Below, piece by piece: positions 33,976-42,146 of a stretch of 52,905 nt of DNA. Made by a program: the position numbers and the translations under genes. The DNA comes from Candidatus Enterousia scatequi. Lineage in GTDB: Bacteria; Pseudomonadota; Alphaproteobacteria; Rs-D84. Location: assembly GCA_018064405.1 (NCBI GenBank), contig JAGHVG010000001.1:1-52905 (forward strand). Direction: 5' to 3'. The first letter of the stretch is position 1, and every line of letters begins with the position of its first letter. The notes under the pieces were generated by a model that was given only the letters and a program-made list of their open reading frames with translations, was not told the origin of the DNA and searched no databases.

Positions 33976-34006
33976 AAAAAACCGTCATTTGGTGACGGTT
34001 TTTTTA
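33976..34006. terminator. Bidirectional intrinsic terminator (secretin module / rpsT)
   Basis: AAACCGTCA-TTTGG-TGACGGTTT flanked by A- and T-runs. Confidence 0.7.
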
Positions 34007-34022
34007 CACATAACCTATTTTT

Positions 34023-34283
34023 TTATGCGATTTTTGCAACTTTTTTTGCCAAACGTGAAACCTTACGTGAAGCGCGTTTTTTTGGCATAATCTTGCCAGC
34101 AGATTTCATAATTTTGCTTTCCGCTGATTTAACAGCAACCACAGCAGCCGCCTTATCGCCAGATTCGATAGCCTTTAATGCCTTTTTGGTTTCGGTTTTT
34201 ACCACGCTGCGACGCGCAGTATTTATAGAATTCTTTTTAATTGTAACCAAAATTCTTTTTTTAGATGACTTATGATTTGCCAC
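34023..34283 (-). CDS. rpsT: 30S ribosomal protein S20
   Basis: MANHKSSKKRILVTIKKNSINTARRS... is a typical S20; 86 aa. Confidence 0.95.
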   Translation of the reverse strand: MANHKSSKKRILVTIKKNSINTARRSVVKTETKKALKAIESGDKAAAVVAVKSAESKIMKSAGKIMPKKRASRKVSRLAKKVAKIA

Positions 34284-34356
34284 TTTATTTTCCTTTTATT
34301 TTGTTAGGTTTTCTGTTATTTTATAGAAAACAAACATAAAATCAAGGAAAAATAAC

Positions 34357-34944
34357 ATGATATACGTTTTAGGAATTATAATTGCTTATTTATTGGGTTC
34401 TGTTCCAATGGGGTTGTTGCTGACGCGTTTGGCGGGCAAGGGCGATATTCGCAATGTTGGGTCCGGTAATATCGGTGCAACAAATGTGTTGCGTGTTGGT
34501 GGACTGCGTCTGGCGGGGGCAACATGGTTGCTAGACATGTTAAAAGCAATTATTGCGGTGTTTGTTGGCCGTTGGATTGGGGGTGATGCTTTCGGGGCAT
34601 GGTGCGGTTTTGTTGCTGTTGTTGGGCATTGTTATCCTGTATGGTTGCGGTTTCGTGGGGGCAAGGGTATTTCAACATTGTTCGGTGTTGTTTTAGCGGT
34701 CAGTCCATTGACATTTATAATATGTGGTATTGAATGGTTAATCGTTGCTTTGCTATCTGGGTTTTCATCACTGGGGGCGGTGGTTGTGTTTTGCTTGTTG
34801 CCATTGTTTGGTTTTTTGATTGGTGCAAATGTTGGGTTTGCCTTCTTAGCAATAGCGATTTTGTGCTTATGGCGCCATTATCAAAATATTATGCGCTTAT
34901 TAACAGGAACGGAATCGCGTGTTGAATGGAAGTGGAAGAAATAA
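34357..34944 (+). CDS. plsY: Glycerol-3-phosphate acyltransferase PlsY
   Basis: YLLGSVPMGLL, GSGNIGATNVLR and FRGGKGIST motifs; 195 aa. Confidence 0.92.
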   Translation: MIYVLGIIIAYLLGSVPMGLLLTRLAGKGDIRNVGSGNIGATNVLRVGGLRLAGATWLLDMLKAIIAVFVGRWIGGDAFGAWCGFVAVVGHCYPVWLRFRGGKGISTLFGVVLAVSPLTFIICGIEWLIVALLSGFSSLGAVVVFCLLPLFGFLIGANVGFAFLAIAILCLWRHYQNIMRLLTGTESRVEWKWKK

Positions 34945-34953
34945 AATTATAAT

Positions 34954-34975
34954 CGCGCTTAATAGCGCGTTTTTT
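34954..34975 (+). terminator. Intrinsic terminator after plsY
   Basis: CGCGC-TTAATA-GCGCG followed by TTTTTT. Confidence 0.6.
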
Positions 34976-34991
34976 CTTGGTTTTAAATGTG

Positions 34992-35005
34992 TTTTGTGAT
35001 ATAAT
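34992..35005 (+). promoter_or_regulatory. Extended -10 promoter motif TTTTGTGATATAAT (copy 3 of 3)
   Basis: Identical 14-mer. GGGAGAATGTT RBS block at 35025-35035, as in copy 1. Confidence 0.4.
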
Positions 35006-35035
35006 ACCACTCATGATATTATATGGGAGAATGTT

Positions 35036-35887
35036 ATGTACAAGGTGTTTTCATTTGTTGTGTTGTGTTTAATTGTGACGGGTACTTGGGCGGATGACGG
35101 TGTTGCGCGTGGTCGTGCTGGGTTGGCGGGTGCCGCACGTGTTACAACACTTGCACAGTTGCAGTCGTCAAAAAAACAGACACCAAATATTCAGGTTGCG
35201 GACAGTGCTATTCCGATGGATCCTGAAAAAACAGGCCCTAGTATTGTTGATCAAAATGAAGCAAAACCTGCACCACAGCAGGATAGAAAGGATATGCGCG
35301 AAAAAGAAAGATCTGCATGTTTGAATAATAATATTGGTGTTGGTAATACGTTTGTTTGGGCATCACGTTATAGTAATACTTCAAATTATTCATATATGGT
35401 TGAAGATATGGAAGAACCTGAAAATAATGTTTGCTTTGTCAAGGTGGATATGCGTTCTGATGATGCGCGTATTTCGCTGTCTGATGTGCCGAGTAAATAT
35501 TTTCAATGGGGTCAAAACATTACATGTGGTTCGTGGACTGATGAGGATTCTTTGCGTCAGCGTATTTTGGATGCTAAAAAGACCGGACGGACATGGGGAA
35601 CCGTTGCTGGTGCGGTTGGTGGTGCCGGATTGGGTGTTGGTGCGATGGAATTGTTTGGAAACAAATTGATAGGTGGTGCTGTTGAAGGTCAACAAAGAAA
35701 GGATCTGTCAGATGTTGAAAAGTTGCAGGCACAGTTATCAAACTTGAAGCGGGAAAATGAATCAGCATATAATGATTTAGTTGAAGATATGCGGAATTTG
35801 GAAAAAGCATGTTTGGCTGCTGGCGATAATGCGCCAAGCATTTGTGATAGTGATTATATCAGGGTGTTAGACAAATTGAATAAATAA
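35036..35887 (+). CDS. Hypothetical exported protein with Gly-zipper membrane segment and coiled-coil tail (283 aa)
   Basis: Signal peptide, Cys-containing middle domain, WGTVAGAVGGAGLGVGAMELFGNKLIGGAVEG, then a heptad-like tail. Confidence 0.6.
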   Translation: MYKVFSFVVLCLIVTGTWADDGVARGRAGLAGAARVTTLAQLQSSKKQTPNIQVADSAIPMDPEKTGPSIVDQNEAKPAPQQDRKDMREKERSACLNNNIGVGNTFVWASRYSNTSNYSYMVEDMEEPENNVCFVKVDMRSDDARISLSDVPSKYFQWGQNITCGSWTDEDSLRQRILDAKKTGRTWGTVAGAVGGAGLGVGAMELFGNKLIGGAVEGQQRKDLSDVEKLQAQLSNLKRENESAYNDLVEDMRNLEKACLAAGDNAPSICDSDYIRVLDKLNK

Positions 35888-35889
35888 AG

Positions 35890-35917
35890 AAAATCGCCAT
35901 TTGGGCGATTTTTTTAT
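35890..35917 (+). terminator. Intrinsic terminator
   Basis: ATCGCC-ATTTG-GGCGAT followed by TTTTTTT. Confidence 0.7.
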
Positions 35918-35951
35918 GCCAGATGTATAAAATATTTTTTATAATCTGGGT

Positions 35952-36974
35952 ATGTCAGATTTGATTAGTAAATTATTATTATTGCGCAGTCCTGGGATAG
36001 GGCCAGTCAAATATAACGAATTGATTAAAAAGTTCGGATCTAGTGAGTTGGCGGCGGAATCATTGATGATTAATTCAGCATTACATGATTCTGTGTTGCG
36101 TGAAATTGATTTGGCGCAGCAATTAAATATACATTATATATGTGACGATTCGGAATTTTATCCCGCAGGATTAACGAAAATAAAAAATCATCCGCCTGTG
36201 ATAACGGCACGTGGAAATTTGGAAACACTGAAAAAACGAATCGTATCAATGGTTGGAACGCGACATGCAACCGCATTTGGAATGTCGTTTATGGCGAATT
36301 TGGCGAATGCGTTTGTGGATAATGGTTTTGCGGTTGCGTCAGGCATGGCGATTGGAACAGATAGTAGTGCCCATTATGGTGCGCTGCGTGGGGTAGGGAA
36401 TCACCAGACAATTGCGGTTTTGGCGGGTGGGGCAGATTATATATGGCCACTTGAAAATGAAAAACTATATTATGAAATTATGGAACGTGGCGTTGTTATC
36501 AGTGAAATGCCGATTGGATATGTGCCCAAGGGAACAAACTTTATTCAGCGTAATCATTGGATTGCGGGGATTGCAGAAAAATTAATATTGGGTGAAGCAG
36601 ATGCCAAATCAGGCAGTATGGCAACCGCCCGATTCGCAATTGAATATGGTGTGCCTTTGTATGCGGTGCCGTCACATCCGTCTGATTCGCGCAGTGTTGG
36701 ACCGAATTCTTTGATTGCATCTGGGGATGCAAAGTTATGTATGGGGATATCTGACTTTTTTGATGCCGAAAAGGCAGTGAATTCAGATAAGAAAATATGT
36801 GATACATCCGAATCGGAAAACGCAATTTTAGATGCCCTTGGATTAATTCCTGTATCCGAATCTGTATTGGCAAATATTGTCAAAAAAACAATTGCGGAAA
36901 TTAAACGCGATTTAGTTGTTTTAGAATTGCGCGGTTTAGTGCGCAAAGACAATGGTGGTTATGTGCGGGTATAG
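35952..36974 (+). CDS. dprA: DNA-processing protein DprA (Smf)
   Basis: LLLLRSPGIGPVKYNELIKKFGS (SAM-like N-domain), Rossmann-fold core (VGTRHATAFG...GMAIGTDSSAHYGAL) and a C-terminal winged-helix-like region. Confidence 0.88.
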   Translation: MSDLISKLLLLRSPGIGPVKYNELIKKFGSSELAAESLMINSALHDSVLREIDLAQQLNIHYICDDSEFYPAGLTKIKNHPPVITARGNLETLKKRIVSMVGTRHATAFGMSFMANLANAFVDNGFAVASGMAIGTDSSAHYGALRGVGNHQTIAVLAGGADYIWPLENEKLYYEIMERGVVISEMPIGYVPKGTNFIQRNHWIAGIAEKLILGEADAKSGSMATARFAIEYGVPLYAVPSHPSDSRSVGPNSLIASGDAKLCMGISDFFDAEKAVNSDKKICDTSESENAILDALGLIPVSESVLANIVKKTIAEIKRDLVVLELRGLVRKDNGGYVRV

Positions 36975-37075
36975 AATTTTTGTTGTCAATACAGTGTATA
37001 TACAAAGTGCGAAAAACAGGGAAATTTTTTAATTTGTGTCAAAATATAAATGTTTAAAAAACGAATAAGAAAAAG

Positions 37076-37103
37076 TTGCAAATGAAAATAGATTTTCTAA
37101 ATT
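37076..37103 (+). promoter_or_regulatory. Promoter-like element (TTGCAA-16-TAAATT) upstream of the dnaA leader
   Basis: TTGCAA 37076-37081 and TAAATT 37098-37103. Implies a ~215-nt leader. Confidence 0.35.
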
Positions 37104-37142
37104 ATCTGGCGTAGCGGAACGGTTGAAAACAACAATCAAACA

Positions 37143-37266
37143 AGAGAGAGCATATAGACGTTTAATTTTATCTGTGCGGTAGGATTCAGCGTCAAAGAAA
37201 GAGAGAGCAGGTAGGAAAACATAAACACTTAATTTTATCGGATGGTAAGATTTAGCGTTTATGTGC
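37143..37266 (+). repeat. Imperfect tandem duplication (two ~57-67-nt units) in the dnaA upstream region
   Basis: Units start at 37143 and 37200 with AGAGAGAGCA. Both contain TTAATTTTATC (37162, 37229) and GGTARGATTYAGCGT (37178, 37244). Confidence 0.6.
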
Positions 37267-37324
37267 AGGTGTTTTTTATACTCTTGCGCATGCGAAACTC
37301 TTTAAGGAAGGAAAGGAGAAAAAG

Positions 37325-38596
37325 ATGCAGGCGACAGCGACAAAACAAATTGTTGATATCAAAACAATCAAGGGTCAAATCGCCACAAAAATTGATAACG
37401 CTGCATTTTCTTCTTGGATTGAACCACTTGATTTTAGCATTGAAAATAATGTTTTGAATTTGGTCGCACAGAATCAATTCTCGGCGGACTATATTAATTC
37501 TGTATTTGGTGCACCATTAAATGCGGTTGCGGCTGAATATGGGTTGGAAATTGCATTGTCTGTATGTGGTTCTAAAAATAAATCTGTGACGGTTGCAAAT
37601 GATAATGTCGTTGCAGCGTATGCCCCGGCACCGGTTGATACGCATGCGGTTGCGTTTGATGCATTTATTGCATCTGATGAAAACGCATTTGTGTTGTCGG
37701 CCTGTAAAAAGGTTGCAAGTGGCGTCGTATCATTTTCACCATTATTTATTTATGGGCCTGCGGGTTGTGGCAAAACGTTATTGGCAGATTGTATTCGTTC
37801 GGCATCGAATCGCGTTGTTATGATGTCGGGTGCACAGTTTGTTTCTGAATTCACACGCAGTTTGCAGAATCATACGATATTCGCGTTCAAAGATTTTTGC
37901 CGTAATTGTGATACATTTATTTTGGATGATGTTCAGGCATTGTCCGGTAAACGTGCATCCAGCGAAGAATTCTTGCAGTTGATTGTTGATTTACGCAGTG
38001 CAGGTAAAAACATTGTTTTGACATCATCATGTGCACCAAACAATTTATCTGGGTTTGACAGACGTGCGCAATCTTTGTTGGCGTCGGGTTTGGTTGCAGA
38101 TGTTGTTGCGCCAAATGCAAATGTAAAACGCACAATGTTGGTACGCGGTGGGGTGTCGGTCAATGTTGCAGATGAAATTGCATCACGCATTGCGAATGAT
38201 GGGCATGCGATTGCGGGTGTTGCAAATAAAATAAAAACATATTCTGAATTAATGGGTTGTGATGTTGATATAAATGTTGCGAATCGTTTGTTGGCGGATA
38301 CATTACAGAAATTCAAAACACCAATTGCAATGGTTAAGGCAATGTGTGAAAAATTGGGTGTATCATACGATGCAATTTGTGGGTCGGGGCGTGCGCGCAG
38401 TTTGGTTGTTGCACGTCAAATAATGATGGTGGTTTTGAAAAATGCGACAACGTTGTCATTGGCGGAAATTGGTTCATATGTTGGTGGTCGTGATCATGCG
38501 TCGGTCCTGTATGCGATTCGCCAGATTGAAAAACAGCAGGCATGTGATTTATTATTGACGGCCCAGATTAATCAGTTGATATCTGAATGTAAATAA
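37325..38596 (+). CDS. dnaA: Chromosomal replication initiator DnaA (divergent, short)
   Basis: Domain I (FSSWIEPLDF...LNLVAQNQFSADYI), AAA+ core (PLFIYGPAGCGKT, FILDDVQALSGK, NIVLTS) and DNA-binding domain IV (LAEIGSYVGGRDHASVLYAIRQIE); 423 aa. Confidence 0.85.
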   Translation: MQATATKQIVDIKTIKGQIATKIDNAAFSSWIEPLDFSIENNVLNLVAQNQFSADYINSVFGAPLNAVAAEYGLEIALSVCGSKNKSVTVANDNVVAAYAPAPVDTHAVAFDAFIASDENAFVLSACKKVASGVVSFSPLFIYGPAGCGKTLLADCIRSASNRVVMMSGAQFVSEFTRSLQNHTIFAFKDFCRNCDTFILDDVQALSGKRASSEEFLQLIVDLRSAGKNIVLTSSCAPNNLSGFDRRAQSLLASGLVADVVAPNANVKRTMLVRGGVSVNVADEIASRIANDGHAIAGVANKIKTYSELMGCDVDINVANRLLADTLQKFKTPIAMVKAMCEKLGVSYDAICGSGRARSLVVARQIMMVVLKNATTLSLAEIGSYVGGRDHASVLYAIRQIEKQQACDLLLTAQINQLISECK

Positions 38597-38619
38597 TCGT
38601 GTGTTGATTGGTTTTGCGC

Positions 38620-38648
38620 TTGGAACAATCCCAGAAATATGATAAAAT
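38620..38648 (+). promoter_or_regulatory. Promoter-like element (TTGGAA-17-TAAAAT)
   Basis: TTGGAA 38620-38625 and TAAAAT 38643-38648. GGGAG SD before the ATG at 38682. Confidence 0.45.
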
Positions 38649-38681
38649 ATTTGTGATTTATTAATGTAAGGGAGTTTTTCT

Positions 38682-40013
38682 ATGAAAAAATTTTTATTTG
38701 TATTAATGGCTTTGGTTGTATGTTCTGGGGCATTTGGGGGTAGTAATATTTGTGGTAAAGAAATGTCTGTTAGCTTTGAAGGAACGCAAAAACCGAAAGA
38801 CAACGAGTTTGTTTATTTTGATGAAACCAGTTATAAATCTGCGGACAAGTATTATAAAAAAAACAGTGTGTCGTTGACTGGGGGTGTATGGGAATGTGAC
38901 AACGATCATTGTCAGCAGGGTAAAGAGATTGAAGCCCCAGCAGGTCACGTTTTTGGTGGAATAACGTACCCTGTACCTAAGAGGTATAGATGTGTTTTAG
39001 GAATGATTGACGATTATTGGGTTTGGGTAAATGATGGTTGCACGTTTAATGGTGAGTTTATAGATGTAGAGAAAGAATATCCTGAATTAGTGTCTTATGC
39101 AGATTGTTGGAATACAGATCAACAAAGTGTATTAAGGTTTTCACAAGATATGAAGTTTAGACTGCTATGTACAGGACCGGGTAATTTGAAGTGTGTTCCA
39201 GAAACAGAATGTGTTGAGAATGCATCTAAGGAGTGTGTGGTGGCAAATGCTGCGGAAGCTGTGCAGATTTGTAAAGGTGGTAAGTGGGGAAATTGTAAAG
39301 TAAGAAAATGTCAGAGTAGTTATCATCAGGTTGGTAATACGTGTGTAAAAGATAGCCAAGAACAAGTGTCGTGTAAAGACAAACGGACAACACCGGAAGG
39401 TAAGGCGTGTTGTGATGTTGAGTCCACAGTGGCGGTTTGGCATAATAATAAATGTGAATGTGTAAATGGTGGTGCATTTGTTTATGGTGCTGGAATTCAA
39501 CCGTATTGCAAAGTGACACAATCCAGCACAACCGTGACAGAATATCAATGTGATGATGCAAAATTGGCACAATTGCGTGGTTGGATGGTTGAATATAGAA
39601 ACAATACGCAAATTGTAACTATGATACAAAATGTTATTGAACAATGCGATAATCATACTATAAGTGAAGGTAGTTTTACGACTACTTATCTGATGATAGA
39701 ACGTATGATACAGGACTTGGTTGCAGATCAAAGTACCCAAAAAATTAATGATTTGGCGGGGCGGATAGACACAAAAATTGAAAAGTTGGGTTTAGATTTG
39801 AAAAAATGGCGGAATGTTGACGGGTCATTTAATACTGCACGTTTGGCATCTGATTCGATTGCGGGGGTTGTGCTCGGAACAGTTGGTGGTGTTGTCACCA
39901 GCAGCATTATTAAAAAGAATCAGGTCGCAGACGGATTTGAAGATATTAAATGTGCCATTGGTGGACAATCAGTTGCATCATACGGTGATCAATTTAGTGT
40001 CGGATTACAATAA
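38682..40013 (+). CDS. Hypothetical Cys-rich exported protein with C-terminal Gly-zipper membrane segment (443 aa)
   Basis: Signal peptide MKKFLFVLMALVVCSGAFG, many Cys in CxxC/CxC-like spacings, and IAGVVLGTVGGVVTSSII near the C-terminus. Confidence 0.6.
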   Translation: MKKFLFVLMALVVCSGAFGGSNICGKEMSVSFEGTQKPKDNEFVYFDETSYKSADKYYKKNSVSLTGGVWECDNDHCQQGKEIEAPAGHVFGGITYPVPKRYRCVLGMIDDYWVWVNDGCTFNGEFIDVEKEYPELVSYADCWNTDQQSVLRFSQDMKFRLLCTGPGNLKCVPETECVENASKECVVANAAEAVQICKGGKWGNCKVRKCQSSYHQVGNTCVKDSQEQVSCKDKRTTPEGKACCDVESTVAVWHNNKCECVNGGAFVYGAGIQPYCKVTQSSTTVTEYQCDDAKLAQLRGWMVEYRNNTQIVTMIQNVIEQCDNHTISEGSFTTTYLMIERMIQDLVADQSTQKINDLAGRIDTKIEKLGLDLKKWRNVDGSFNTARLASDSIAGVVLGTVGGVVTSSIIKKNQVADGFEDIKCAIGGQSVASYGDQFSVGLQ

Positions 40014-40016
40014 TAT

Positions 40017-40047
40017 AAAAAATGCCCATTTGGGCATTTCGTTTTTT
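40017..40047. terminator. Bidirectional intrinsic terminator (overlaps parE stop)
   Basis: AAATGCCC-ATTT-GGGCATTT with flanking A- and T-runs. Confidence 0.7.
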
Positions 40048-42025
40048 ATACAAACAAATCTTTTACAAATTGGGCGTGTTCAGTTATAAATTTAAACCTG
40101 AATTCTGGTTTTTTGCCCATTAATTCGGTGACGATTGTGCGCGTTTTTTCCGTATCTTCGGTGCCGTCATCTGTGCGTGGTGGCAGGTCAACCCGAATCA
40201 AACGTCGCGTTTTTGGTGACATGGTTGTTTCCTTTAACTGATTTGGCATCATTTCACCCAATCCCTTAAAGCGTGATATTTCAACCTTTTTATTTTTATA
40301 TTTGCCGTTCGTTAATTCATCCAATTCTTCGTCAGTGTCAACATATACCGATTCTGTACCACATGTTAATTTATATAATGGCGGACACGATAAGTATAAA
40401 TGTCCCCCATAAATTAGTTGTGGCATATACTGATAGAAAAATGCCATCAATAGTGATGCAATGTGCGATCCGTCAACATCAGCATCGGTCATTACAATTA
40501 TTTTTTCATAGCGCAGTTTTGAATCGTCCCAATCTTTTGCTGTGCCGGCACCGATAATATCAATCAAATCATTCAATTCGCGATTCGCACTGAATCGTTC
40601 ATCAGAATTAGATAAAACATTTAATACCTTGCCACGCAGGGGCATAATTGCCTGGGTCGCGCGGTCGCGTGCCTGTTTTGCGGTACCGCCCGCCGATTCG
40701 CCCTCTACGATAAACAACTCTGTTCCTTCAACACCGTGTTTGGAACAATCAGCCAACTTTGCCGGCATACGAATCCGCTTGGTCGGGGTTTTACGGGCAA
40801 TATCCTTGACCTGTTTCGTTTTGATACGGGCGTTCGCCAGGTTTATTACAAATTCCAATAACGCATTTGATGTTTTCGGATCAGATGCTAAAAACATTTC
40901 CCATGGATCGCGCAGCGCGTTTTCAGTGTAACGCGCGATTTCGGGATTGGAAAGTTTTTCCTTGGTCTGACCTAAAAATTGTGGTGTTTTATAAAATACA
41001 GATACAATCGCCGCCGCAGAATCAAAAACATCATCACTGACAATTGATGCCGCAGATTTGTTGTTGGTCTTTTCGCCGTATGCCTTTATCCCCTTGGTTA
41101 TCGCGGATTTAAAACCACTCTCGTGTGTGCCACCATCAATTGTTGAAATTGTATTACAGTAGGACGAGAAAAATCCATCATCAGATGCCGCACCATTTTC
41201 ATCGGTTAAAAATGTTAGTGCCCATTCAACGCGACCGGTGTCATCAGGGAAATCAACACTGCCACTGAAAATACGCGGAAAAATGCGTGGTTTAGAATCC
41301 GTCTTTTCAGCTAAGAAATCAGCCACCCCATTTGGATAATAAAATGTTTTTTCCGCAGGGATATTCATATCTTCGGTTAATAATTCAGGTGTGCATTTCC
41401 ATTCAACATGAACGCCACGTGATAAAAATGATTTGGCACGAGCCATACGATAAATCTTGATTGGCTTAAACGTTGCAGATTCGCCAAATATTTGTTCATC
41501 AATGGTAAATCTGATTTTGGTCCCGTGCTTTTTTGTTGGGGCACCGCGCATGATTTTTGATGTTGCAACACCACGTGAAAATGTTTGTGTCCATTCGTAT
41601 CCATCACGCGAAATTGTCACAATCATTTCGCGCGACAGGGCATTCACAACTGCACTGCCCACACCATGCAAACCACCACTGGTTTTATAAACATTATTAT
41701 TAAATTTGCCCCCAGAATGCAAGGTGGTCAAAATAACCTCTAATGCAGATTTGCCTGGAAACTTAGGGTGTTCGTCCACCGGAATACCACGACCATCATC
41801 GGTAATTTCAATTGTCTTAGAATCAATCAGGTTCACCGTTATTGTTTTTGCAAATCCTGCCACCGCTTCATCAACAGAATTATCAATAATTTCAATCGGC
41901 AGGTGATGCCATGCCTTTTCATCAGTGCCACCAATATACATCCCCGGACGCAGGCGAACGGGTTCCAGACCTTCCAATACTTGAATGTCTGATGCATCAT
42001 AAGAATTCGTTTTGTTATCTGTCAT
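40046..42025 (-). CDS. parE: DNA topoisomerase IV subunit B (ParE-type, type IIA topoisomerase ATPase subunit)
   Basis: GHKL ATPase (LEGLEPVRLRPGMYIGGT, IDNSVDEA), Toprim (ELFIVEGESAGG, PLRGKVLNV) and DADVDGSHI. At ~659 aa it lacks the long C-terminal insert of proteobacterial GyrB. ATG at 42025 preferred over TTG at 42064. Confidence 0.85.
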   Translation of the reverse strand: MTDNKTNSYDASDIQVLEGLEPVRLRPGMYIGGTDEKAWHHLPIEIIDNSVDEAVAGFAKTITVNLIDSKTIEITDDGRGIPVDEHPKFPGKSALEVILTTLHSGGKFNNNVYKTSGGLHGVGSAVVNALSREMIVTISRDGYEWTQTFSRGVATSKIMRGAPTKKHGTKIRFTIDEQIFGESATFKPIKIYRMARAKSFLSRGVHVEWKCTPELLTEDMNIPAEKTFYYPNGVADFLAEKTDSKPRIFPRIFSGSVDFPDDTGRVEWALTFLTDENGAASDDGFFSSYCNTISTIDGGTHESGFKSAITKGIKAYGEKTNNKSAASIVSDDVFDSAAAIVSVFYKTPQFLGQTKEKLSNPEIARYTENALRDPWEMFLASDPKTSNALLEFVINLANARIKTKQVKDIARKTPTKRIRMPAKLADCSKHGVEGTELFIVEGESAGGTAKQARDRATQAIMPLRGKVLNVLSNSDERFSANRELNDLIDIIGAGTAKDWDDSKLRYEKIIVMTDADVDGSHIASLLMAFFYQYMPQLIYGGHLYLSCPPLYKLTCGTESVYVDTDEELDELTNGKYKNKKVEISRFKGLGEMMPNQLKETTMSPKTRRLIRVDLPPRTDDGTEDTEKTRTIVTELMGKKPEFRFKFITEHAQFVKDLFV

Positions 42026-42086
42026 AGTAACCACATTATTAGAACATTTTACGCCTTTGCGCAAGTCAGATTTTTATTTGCTGCCC

Positions 42087-42114
42087 CTTGATTTTTAGCG
42101 CCCATGGACTATAT
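42087..42114 (+). promoter_or_regulatory. RpoH (sigma32)-like heat-shock promoter candidate upstream of dnaJ
   Basis: CTTG (42087-42090), 17 nt, then ACTATAT (42108-42114). Resembles the CTTG-N17-CCTATAT-type consensus reported for alphaproteobacterial sigma32 promoters. Confidence 0.35.
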
Positions 42115-42146
42115 TTTATCGTGAAAAGTATAAATGGACACGCATT

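Noticed and set aside
33868-34275. 135-aa plus-strand ORF
   Set aside because: It is antisense to rpsT (a clear S20) and spans the terminator. It is an artefact of the Lys/Ala-rich S20 coding sequence.
36975-37324. oriC immediately upstream of dnaA
   Set aside because: I could not find any TTATCCACA-like DnaA boxes or a clustered AT-rich unwinding-element pattern beyond the general AT richness. The repeats there have a different sequence, so I report them only as repeats.
39165-39740. 191-aa and 114-aa minus-strand ORFs inside the Cys-rich protein gene
   Set aside because: They are antisense shadows of a gene that has a signal peptide, promoter, SD and terminator. Their translations are low complexity.
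40046-42064. Calling this gene gyrB, and using the TTG start at 42064
   Set aside because: At ~659-672 aa it lacks the large insertion that makes proteobacterial GyrB ~800 aa, so ParE is more likely, though only a phylogeny can settle it. The ATG at 42025 gives the typical N-terminus (..YDASDIQVLEGLEPVRLRPGMYIG) without an odd 13-aa extension.
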